From contig JBDRUH010000016.1 of assembly GCA_039801225.1 (NCBI GenBank), forward strand, positions 1 through 27,429: 27,429 nt of DNA. Direction: 5' to 3'. The notes beneath the pieces were generated by a model. It did not search any database and had not been told where the DNA came from. It saw nothing but the letters and a program-made list of their open reading frames with translations. Source of the DNA: a candidate division WOR-3 bacterium (lineage in GTDB: Bacteria > Hydrothermota > Tepidihabitantia > Tepidihabitantales > Tepidihabitantaceae). Positions 8,746-15,831 of the stretch are shown one piece after another. The position numbers were made by a program, and so were the translations under genes. Position 1 is the first letter of the stretch; the number at the start of each line of letters is the position of its first letter.

Positions 8746-9729
8746 TCACCCACCCGGGTTCCTTTTGACTAATCGCAGCACCTTCCAGGCACGCGGTGGT
8801 AAAAGAGTGTGGATGCACCAGAGAATTATGCCCCGTTTTATTGAGCGAAATCGGAGCGTTTCCTTTCGAGTACCCCGGAGCATTTTAATTCCCGCCGATA
8901 GCCCGTGCCCTAAATCTCGGAGATGATTGGGATTTCTGAGTAACTGCGAGAAAAGCCACCCGATGATTAATAGTAAATCATAAGGGAAAGGGAAATATTT
9001 CCAGAAGACCAAAATGCCATTTCTTACAAAATAAAAGGTGATTTGGGAACTGGCGAACTGACGACTTTTCCGCCGATGAAGAGTAATTAAATCAGGTTTG
9101 TATACTATATTGCACCCGGCTCTTAAAAATTGCAGGGTAAGGTCCGCTTCCTCAAATCCCCAGAAAAAATTATCCGGATAGCCGGAAATTTTCTTTAGCG
9201 CATTCCTCCGGAATACCGTGCCGCTACCATGAATAAAATGACCTAAAAACCCTTTTTCCGCGTCCCCGCTCCAAGCGAAGAGTTCCCAATCTTTTGTTTC
9301 TATAAAATTGTCGCAAAAGTCAACAACCTTAGTGCACAGGACATTAATCTCGTTATTTCTCTCTAAAAATTCTACTATCCGGGTAATTGTGAAGTTATCT
9401 TGTGGCTGGGAGTCGTCGTCATATTGAAACACATATTTCCCTTTGGCATTGAATAAAAAAATATTTCTCGCACCGACGCCGATATTTTTACCTGTACTAA
9501 AAACCTTAATCTCGCGATATTGGCTGAACTCATCTTTTAACATTTCTTTTGTCCCATCGGTAGAACAGTTATCCACCACAATTATTTCCTTATAGGGATA
9601 AAAATCGGCTAATAAGCACATTAAGGTTTTCTTCAGCTCCTCTCTTCTATTATAGGTCAATATACCAATTGTAATCAACGGTGCATCACCGCTGTTGTTT
9701 GAAAGGGAGGGGGGAACTGACCTTTTCAC
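8746..9729 (-). CDS. GT2 glycosyltransferase
   Basis: ITIGILTYNR, IIVVDNCSTDGT, QYDDD (DxD), FFWGFEEADL. Confidence 0.9.
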   Translation of the reverse strand: MKRSVPPSLSNNSGDAPLITIGILTYNRREELKKTLMCLLADFYPYKEIIVVDNCSTDGTKEMLKDEFSQYREIKVFSTGKNIGVGARNIFLFNAKGKYVFQYDDDSQPQDNFTITRIVEFLERNNEINVLCTKVVDFCDNFIETKDWELFAWSGDAEKGFLGHFIHGSGTVFRRNALKKISGYPDNFFWGFEEADLTLQFLRAGCNIVYKPDLITLHRRKSRQFASSQITFYFVRNGILVFWKYFPFPYDLLLIIGWLFSQLLRNPNHLRDLGHGLSAGIKMLRGTRKETLRFRSIKRGIILWCIHTLLPPRAWKVLRLVKRNPGG

Positions 9730-9734
9730 ACGAC

Positions 9735-9763
9735 ACTTTATTTCTCCCCCGCACAGGAGTCAA
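9735..9763 (-). promoter_or_regulatory. Promoter TTGACT-N17-TAAAGT for GT2, 5 nt before its GTG
   Basis: Read on the reverse complement; divergent from the promoter at 9790. Confidence 0.6.
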
Positions 9764-9789
9764 GAAGCAACTCATAAAATAATTTTTTC

Positions 9790-9817
9790 TTGACATCAAT
9801 TAGTGGTTCATTAACCT
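9790..9817 (+). promoter_or_regulatory. Promoter TTGACA-N16-TAACCT for purH-serpin
   Basis: Consensus -35, TAnnnT -10, AT-rich upstream tract. Confidence 0.65.
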
Positions 9818-9824
9818 ATTGCCA

Positions 9825-10994
9825 TTGGATGAGATAAAACTCCGTTACGGAACAAACCCTCACCAGTCCTTTGCCCGGCTCTATCGCCGGCGCGGCAAAC
9901 TGCCGGTTAAAGTCCTCAACGGCACGCCCAGTTATATCAACATCCTTGATGCCCTCAACTCCTATCAACTGGTGAAGGAGTTAAAGGAACTATCCGCCCT
10001 ACCCGCCAGCGCCAGTTTTAAGCACACCAGTCCGGCTGGTGCGGCAATTGGCAAGCCCCTCACCGACGATTTGAAAAAGTCGCTTTTTGTGCCCGATATG
10101 GAACTTTCTCCACTCGCCTGCGCCTATGCCCGAGCGAGAGGCGCGGACCGGATGGCAACCTTTGGCGACTGGGCGGCATTTTCTGAAGAGGTGGATTTAG
10201 CCACCGCCCAGTTCCTTGCTCAGGAGATTTCCGATGGTTGCATCGCGCCGGGCTATGCGCCCGATGCGCTGGAGATTTTGAAAAAGAAAAAGGGCGGTAA
10301 ATACTTAGTCCTGGCGATTGACCCGGAATGGGTGCCACCGGAAAGGGAGGTGCGGCAGATTTTCGGGTTGCTCCTGGAACAGGAGCGCAACAACGCTAAA
10401 ATTGACGAAACCATTCTGACCAATGTCGTAACCGCCAAAAAGGTAATCCCGGATGAGGCGAAACTGGATATGCTCATTGCCACCATTGCGGTGAAATACA
10501 CCCAGTCAAACTCAATCTGTTTAGCCTATGATGGACAGGTGATCGGCGTCGGTGCCGGACAGCAATCAAGGATTCACTGCACCCGTCTCGCCTGCGAGAA
10601 GGCGGACAAATGGTTCTTGAGGCTCCATCCGAAGGTCTTGAACCTTAAGTTCAAAAGAGGAACCAGTCGGGGCGAGAAGGCGACCGCGATTGATATTTAT
10701 CTTGAAGAGAACGCCACTCCGGAGGAACTGCACACCTGGCAGAGGCTCTTTGCGGTTCCACCTGAGCCTTTAACCCGTGAGGAGCGTTGGGAATGGCTCG
10801 CTAAGTTCCCGGGTGTTTCACTTTCCTCGGATGGCTTCATCCCGTTTCGGGACAACATTGACCGCGCCGCCCGCTCCAATGTTCGCTATATCGTCCAACC
10901 CGGAGGTTCAACCCGGGATGAGGGCATTATCCGTGCTGCCGATGAGTATGGAATGGTGATGGTGTTTACCAATCTTCGCCTCTTTTACCATTAG
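9825..10994 (+). CDS. purH: AICAR transformylase, PurH variant lacking the IMP cyclohydrolase domain (start TTG 9825 preferred over 9819)
   Basis: Begins at LRYGTNPHQ; SYINILD, SFKHTSPAGAA, KYTQSNS, GAGQQSR, SDGFIPFRD, QPGGSTRD, terminal RLFYH. Confidence 0.9.
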   Translation: MDEIKLRYGTNPHQSFARLYRRRGKLPVKVLNGTPSYINILDALNSYQLVKELKELSALPASASFKHTSPAGAAIGKPLTDDLKKSLFVPDMELSPLACAYARARGADRMATFGDWAAFSEEVDLATAQFLAQEISDGCIAPGYAPDALEILKKKKGGKYLVLAIDPEWVPPEREVRQIFGLLLEQERNNAKIDETILTNVVTAKKVIPDEAKLDMLIATIAVKYTQSNSICLAYDGQVIGVGAGQQSRIHCTRLACEKADKWFLRLHPKVLNLKFKRGTSRGEKATAIDIYLEENATPEELHTWQRLFAVPPEPLTREERWEWLAKFPGVSLSSDGFIPFRDNIDRAARSNVRYIVQPGGSTRDEGIIRAADEYGMVMVFTNLRLFYH

Positions 10995-11008
10995 AAGGGA
11001 GGAGTGAA

Positions 11009-12217
11009 ATGAGATATTCTATGCTCAGTGTTATTCTCTGTCTTTTAGCCTTCAATGTATTAAACGCCAGTGCCTCGGTAGACTCGCCGGTAGAACCGGC
11101 GGCTGTCGGGGAACTGGTGCTCGCCAGTGACCAGTTTGGTTGTAAATTGCTTAAAGAACTTTATCAGGAGCGACCAAAGGAGAATCTATTTATCTCGCCT
11201 TATAGTATCTTTACCGCGTTGGGAATGACCTATAATGGCGCGGCAGGCACAACTCAAAAGGCGATGGCAGATTGTTTGGGGATCAGTCAAATGCCTCCTG
11301 GTAGATTAAACCCGGCGGTTCTGGAACTGAAAAAACGGCTCAGCGCAATTCCTAAAGTTGAGGTTTTAATCGCCAACTCCCTCTGGGCAAGAAAAGGAAT
11401 CACCTTCAACCCGCAGTTCATCGCCACCAATCAGCGATTTTATCAGGCTGAGGTCACCAACCTTGACTTTTTTAACCCTCAGGCGCCTGCGCGAATAAAC
11501 AACTGGGTAAGGGAAAAGACCAAAGGGAAAATCACCTCAATTATTGATAACATCAAACCCGAGGCGGTGCTGTTTTTAATCAATGCGGTTTATTTCAAAG
11601 GGCGGTGGCAAAAGGAGTTTGACCCGAAGTTCACCCAGGAGCATGACTTCTATCTTATTGACGGCACAAAGAAGAAGGTTCCGATGATGTCCCGCTCCGA
11701 CCGATTTAACTATCTGGAGACCGAAAAATTCCAGGCAATTGGACTTCCTTACGGTGATGGCAAAATGAGTATGTTTATCTTTCTCCCCGGGAAAGGTTCA
11801 AGCCTTCAAGAGTTTATCAGCGAACTTAACATAAAAGACCTAAAGAAGTGGCTAACCGAGTTTTCCTCCTTACGCGGGGAGTTGCTCCTGCCGAGATTCA
11901 AATTAGAATACAAGACCAGTTTAAACAATTCACTTAAGAAGTTAGGTATGGGAGAGGCTTTTGATTTGGAGCGCGCCAACTTTTCCCTGATGGCGAAAAG
12001 CAAAATCCGGTTTGCCATTGGCGATGTCCTGCACAAGACTTTTGTTGAAGTAAATGAGGAAGGGACTGAAGCGGCAGCGGTAACATCGGTAGAGATGGTG
12101 ATGTCGGCGGTGCCCATGGAGCGGTTCCGGATGGTGGTTGACCACCCATTTTTCTTTCTAATCCAGGAGAACGATACCGGCACGATTCTATTTGCTGGCG
12201 TTGTCGTGGAGCCATAA
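11009..12217 (+). CDS. Secreted serpin (inhibitory-type hinge)
   Basis: Signal peptide; NLFISPYSI, INAVYFKGRW, hinge EEGTEAAAVT, VDHPFFFLI, ILFAGVVVEP; SD GGAGGAG. Confidence 0.96.
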   Translation: MRYSMLSVILCLLAFNVLNASASVDSPVEPAAVGELVLASDQFGCKLLKELYQERPKENLFISPYSIFTALGMTYNGAAGTTQKAMADCLGISQMPPGRLNPAVLELKKRLSAIPKVEVLIANSLWARKGITFNPQFIATNQRFYQAEVTNLDFFNPQAPARINNWVREKTKGKITSIIDNIKPEAVLFLINAVYFKGRWQKEFDPKFTQEHDFYLIDGTKKKVPMMSRSDRFNYLETEKFQAIGLPYGDGKMSMFIFLPGKGSSLQEFISELNIKDLKKWLTEFSSLRGELLLPRFKLEYKTSLNNSLKKLGMGEAFDLERANFSLMAKSKIRFAIGDVLHKTFVEVNEEGTEAAAVTSVEMVMSAVPMERFRMVVDHPFFFLIQENDTGTILFAGVVVEP

Positions 12218-12265
12218 CCGAGTTGGCTGCCAGCCGTCATGTCGGACGGGATTAAAAGGAGAGAT

Positions 12266-12293
12266 TTGACAGGTAGGTGTTTTAAAGTATGGT
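12266..12293 (+). promoter_or_regulatory. Promoter TTGACA-N16-TATGGT
   Basis: Consensus -35; predicted start near 12300. Confidence 0.6.
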
Positions 12294-12299
12294 AATAAC

Positions 12300-12421
12300 G
12301 ATAGGTTTTATGAATCATTACCGAACGAATCTGGGGTATAGTCCGGTAAAATATATACACCCTGGTTCAATGGCTAAAAAGTAACGGGTATATTTCCATA
12401 GAACCTATCAGCATTAAGTGC
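12300..12421 (+). other. Structured 5' leader or small RNA candidate (13-bp closing stem with internal helices)
   Basis: GATAGGTTTTATG (12300-12312) pairs with CATAGAACCTATC (12397-12409) with one G-U pair. Confidence 0.45.
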
Positions 12422-12458
12422 GGAGAGGCAAAATTTAAATATCGTAAAGGAGGTAAAA

Positions 12459-13169
12459 ATGTTGAAGAAGTCCGCAGTAGCCATTGTGATAGTCGGAATT
12501 GTGATGTTCCTGAGTTGTGAGAAGCAGACAAAGGTTATTGGCACACTGCTTTTACAGCCAGGTCAGACCGGTGATGTTCAGAACTGCCGGGTGGAACTTT
12601 ACGAAAAGGCTGATTTGACCGGGACGCCGGTGAAGTTTGTGGCGTCAAAGGCATCAGGGCAGGCGAGCCGCTCCGATTTTGAGTTCACCGATGTAATTGA
12701 AGGCTACTACTATCTACTTGCCTGGAAAGACCTGAATGGTGATGGAGTGGTTAGTGATAAAGATATTGTGGGCGTTCACGGTGGATTTTATCGCCCCGGT
12801 TATGGTGGCACTCAGATTACCGTTAAAGCGGGACAGACAAACGATGTCGGTGAAATTGAGATGATGATTTACAAGGAACTAAAGATTTCCGCTTCTGGCA
12901 GCCGGAGCCCGGACCAACTCCAGACTACATTCACCTACTCTTTTAATTACGATATCAATCTTACATCGCTCACGATTACCTTCCCGGGCTACAATCCGGT
13001 TCAAGACCCGGATGCGCCGGGGGCAAAAACGGCTGGCACCCAGTATACCTCCGGTCCCTGGTTTGACCTACAGGGTAACCCGATGCCAACCGGGAGCCAT
13101 ACTCTTCAGTTTGTCGGCACCTGGGAGGGAACCGCATTTGATATTACTGTTACTGTAATGGTAAACTAA
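12459..13169 (+). CDS. Lipoprotein of unknown function (beta-rich, DxDxDG-like Ca-binding loop)
   Basis: SD AGGAGG; KK + hydrophobic stretch + lipobox FLSC; YYLLAWKDLNGDGVVSDKD. Confidence 0.8.
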   Translation: MLKKSAVAIVIVGIVMFLSCEKQTKVIGTLLLQPGQTGDVQNCRVELYEKADLTGTPVKFVASKASGQASRSDFEFTDVIEGYYYLLAWKDLNGDGVVSDKDIVGVHGGFYRPGYGGTQITVKAGQTNDVGEIEMMIYKELKISASGSRSPDQLQTTFTYSFNYDINLTSLTITFPGYNPVQDPDAPGAKTAGTQYTSGPWFDLQGNPMPTGSHTLQFVGTWEGTAFDITVTVMVN

Positions 13170-13215
13170 TCCCGGTCCTGGGTGTCTCTTTGAACTGAGG
13201 GGCGCGAGAAAGGAG

Positions 13216-14469
13216 TTATTGGGTTAATAGAGTTTTTATGAACTGATCGCCGTGCAGTTCGCCTAAACCACCGTTTCTTACCGAGTATTCGTCAAACCGC
13301 TCAACCGAATCGGGGATCAGTTTTGGGTTATAAATTGCCACCGGCACCATACCATGGGTGTGGTTGCCTTTTGAGACCGGTGTCGGATGGTCGGTTAAAA
13401 CCGCAACCGTAACGGCAATTTCCTTCTCCTCCAGACCTTTCATCACCCGGCTGACCAGGCGGGAGTCAAACAGTTCAATAGCCTTAATTTTTTGCTGGAC
13501 ATCCCGGCTGTGCCCCGCCTCGTCGGGCGCCTCTAGGTGGAGGTAGATAAAGTCGTGGTCTTTAAGCGCCTCAAGGCAGGCGTCCGCCTTACCCTCGTAG
13601 TTGGTATCAATCAAACCGGTGGCACCGGGCACATTGATGACCTCAAACCCGGCATAAATCCCTAACCCCTTGATCAAGTCAACCGCGGCGATGACCGCAC
13701 CGGTAAGACCGTAAAGTTCCTGGAAGGTTGGCATCTGCGGCTTTTTCCCGGGTGACCAGAACCAGATGGAGTTTGCCGGGTCTTTACCCTGAAGGGTGCG
13801 ATTTAAGTTTACCGCCTGACCGGGGAGAATCTCCCAGGATTGAAGTATCAGGTCGCGGAGCAGGTGAGCGGTCCTTTCGGCTCCGCTCAAGGCAAGCCTT
13901 TCGGCTGCGCTCAAGGCAAGCTTTTCGGCTGAAGGGGTTTTTGCCCGGGGCAAAAGGTCAAGTGCCTTCTCGCCCACATAGTCGTGAGGCGGAAAGCACT
14001 CCACTTCGGGTGAAGCCTCTTTAAGGACACAGAGATGCCGGTAGGTGAAGCCGGGATAGAAACGGAGTGTGGGGCGGGAGAGTTGCCGGTTGAGTTCTTC
14101 AATTAGAAGTTTTGCCTCCTCGGTGGTGATATGACCGGCAGAGTGGTTTTTAATTCGGCCATCTTTGATGCAAATCAGGTTACAGCGCAGCGCAACATCG
14201 TCGGGTTCAAGCCTTACCCCTAAACTTGCCGCCTCAATCACGCCCCGACCTTGATAATAGCGTCTCGGGTCATAACCAAGGACAGTAAGGTTTGCGACCT
14301 CTGAGCCGGGCGGCATATCCTCAGGCACGGTGAGAAATGTGCCGCATCTGCCCAGCCGGGCGATTCGGTCAATTGTCGGTTTGCTGGCAACCTGTAAAGG
14401 GGTTTTTTCTCCAAGTTCTAAGACCGGGTAGTCCGCCATACCGTCGCCGAGAAAGACAATATATTTCAT
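13216..14469 (-). CDS. apgM: Cofactor-independent phosphoglycerate mutase-like AlkP-superfamily enzyme (ApgM / proposed homoserine kinase family); start ATG 14469
   Basis: MKYIVFLGDGMAD, KTPLQ, PGSEVAN (phosphoacceptor Ser), GRGVIEAA, HLEAPDEAGH, TDHPTP; ATGA overlap with thrC. Confidence 0.88.
   Translation of the reverse strand: MKYIVFLGDGMADYPVLELGEKTPLQVASKPTIDRIARLGRCGTFLTVPEDMPPGSEVANLTVLGYDPRRYYQGRGVIEAASLGVRLEPDDVALRCNLICIKDGRIKNHSAGHITTEEAKLLIEELNRQLSRPTLRFYPGFTYRHLCVLKEASPEVECFPPHDYVGEKALDLLPRAKTPSAEKLALSAAERLALSGAERTAHLLRDLILQSWEILPGQAVNLNRTLQGKDPANSIWFWSPGKKPQMPTFQELYGLTGAVIAAVDLIKGLGIYAGFEVINVPGATGLIDTNYEGKADACLEALKDHDFIYLHLEAPDEAGHSRDVQQKIKAIELFDSRLVSRVMKGLEEKEIAVTVAVLTDHPTPVSKGNHTHGMVPVAIYNPKLIPDSVERFDEYSVRNGGLGELHGDQFIKTLLTQ
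13873..13930 (-). repeat. Tandem 24-bp hairpin element x2 plus partial copy (CTTGCCTT-GA-GC-GSA-GC-CGA-AAGG), in frame
   Basis: Units 13873-13896 and 13897-13920 differ at one base (loop GGA vs GCA); encode LALSAAER-LALSGAER. Confidence 0.92.
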
Positions 14470-15830
14470 TTGGGTTTTGGGTTTTGGGTTTTGGACAGGG
14501 TGCTTAATAGAAATCGTTTGAACCAAGTGTAATCTGCCGGTCCGGTTTCGTAACTCTCCGGCATCGTGTCTAACCCGAGGAGTGCGGGTGGTGGTTCCGG
14601 GTCAATCCCTAAGAGGTGCTGAATCTCTTCGGGAAATTTTGCCGGATGGGCGGTCTCAATTGCTATCGCCAGCCCAGCCTCATCCTCGGCACAGAAACGC
14701 TCCAGTGCCGCCCAACCAACTGCGCCGTGCGGTTCAAGAAGGATTTTGTATTTCTGATAGGCATCAACAATCGTTGCCCTGGTCTCGGTATCGGTAATGC
14801 TCAAAGAGAACATATCCCTTTGCATCGCTGTCAGGTCGGGTGGTCTGGTGATGTTGCCCTCTTCGTCCATCACTCCGTTATAAAGCGCCACCAGTCGGGG
14901 AAGGTTGGAGGGGTGGCCAACATTCATCGCATTGGAGAGGCATTTGCGCGAAGGCACAACCTTTTCATATCTGCCGGTGGCAAGGAACCGTGGGAACTCG
15001 TCGTTCTCATTGGTGGCAATAATAAACCTTTTTGCCGGCAGACCCATCCGCCAGGCGAGCATTCCCGCACACATATTGCCGAAGTTGCCCGAAGGCACCG
15101 AAAACACCACCTTTTCACCATTTTCCGCCAGTTGGGCATAGGCGTAGAAGTAATACACCGATTGGGGAAGGAGCCGGCCGATGTTGATGGAATTGGCTGA
15201 GGAGAAATGGATGTGCTGGAGATCTTTATCGGCAAAAGCCCTTTTTACCAGCGCCTGACAGTCGTCAAACTTGCCATCAATGCCGATGGTGGTGACATTG
15301 CCACCTAAGGTGGTCATCTGTTTGCGCTGGCGCACCGACACCTCAGCAATCGGGAAGAGGACGACCATCCGGATGCGTTCAACATTATGGAAGGCGTGGG
15401 CAACCGCACTGCCGGTGTCGCCAGAGGTGGCGGTGAGAATTACCAGTTCACCCCCCTCCTCTTTTAAGATGTAACGGAGGAGACGCGCCATCATCCGGGC
15501 GGCAAAATCTTTGAATGAGGCGGTTGGTCCACGGTCTAGCCGCATAAGAAACCTTCTTTCGGTAACCGGTTCCAAAGGCACCGGGTAGTTGTAACACTCC
15601 TCACAGATTTTTAAGAGTTCCTCATCCGGTAAAAGCCCCACAGTCCAGCGCCGCATAACCGTGAAGGCGGTCTGGGAATAGGGTTTACCTTTCAGGCTGA
15701 AAATCTCCTTCAGGGGGATACAGGGAATTTCTTCTGGGATGTAGAGCCCTCTGTCTGGCGCCTGTCCCACTAACAAGGCGGTGCGCAGGTCAACTGCCGG
15801 AGAACGAAGATTCGTTGAGTAAAACCTCAT
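14466..15830 (-). CDS. thrC: Threonine synthase (start ATG 15830)
   Basis: MRFYSTN, GQAPDRGLY, GPTASFKD (PLP Lys), ATSGDTG, SANSINIGRL, VPSGNFGN, ETAHPAKF. Confidence 0.96.
   Translation of the reverse strand: MRFYSTNLRSPAVDLRTALLVGQAPDRGLYIPEEIPCIPLKEIFSLKGKPYSQTAFTVMRRWTVGLLPDEELLKICEECYNYPVPLEPVTERRFLMRLDRGPTASFKDFAARMMARLLRYILKEEGGELVILTATSGDTGSAVAHAFHNVERIRMVVLFPIAEVSVRQRKQMTTLGGNVTTIGIDGKFDDCQALVKRAFADKDLQHIHFSSANSINIGRLLPQSVYYFYAYAQLAENGEKVVFSVPSGNFGNMCAGMLAWRMGLPAKRFIIATNENDEFPRFLATGRYEKVVPSRKCLSNAMNVGHPSNLPRLVALYNGVMDEEGNITRPPDLTAMQRDMFSLSITDTETRATIVDAYQKYKILLEPHGAVGWAALERFCAEDEAGLAIAIETAHPAKFPEEIQHLLGIDPEPPPALLGLDTMPESYETGPADYTWFKRFLLSTLSKTQNPKPK
14470..14494 (-). repeat. Heptamer array (CCAAAAC)x3 + CCAA directly before the ATGA overlap
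   Basis: Plus strand TTGG(GTTTTGG)3; encodes the ThrC tail SKTQNPKPK. Confidence 0.9.
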
Positions 15831-15831
15831 A

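Noticed and set aside
12234..12249. Another copy of the GTCAT hairpin family, or a serpin terminator
   Set aside because: Only a 5-bp stem (CCGTC/GACGG), without the GA internal loop or a U-tract.
13182..13205. Intrinsic terminator between the lipoprotein and apgM
   Set aside because: The stem GTGTCTCTT/GAGGGGCGC depends on many G-U pairs and has no U-tract; too weak to call.
13873..13930. CRISPR array
   Set aside because: The 24-bp units are directly adjacent with no spacers, lie inside a CDS, and no cas genes are present.
14470..14526. Longer ORF-track starts (apgM 14526, thrC 15893, ribBA 21160, S8 27007)
   Set aside because: They overlap upstream genes or promoters; downstream ATGs match family N-termini, SD sequences or coupling.
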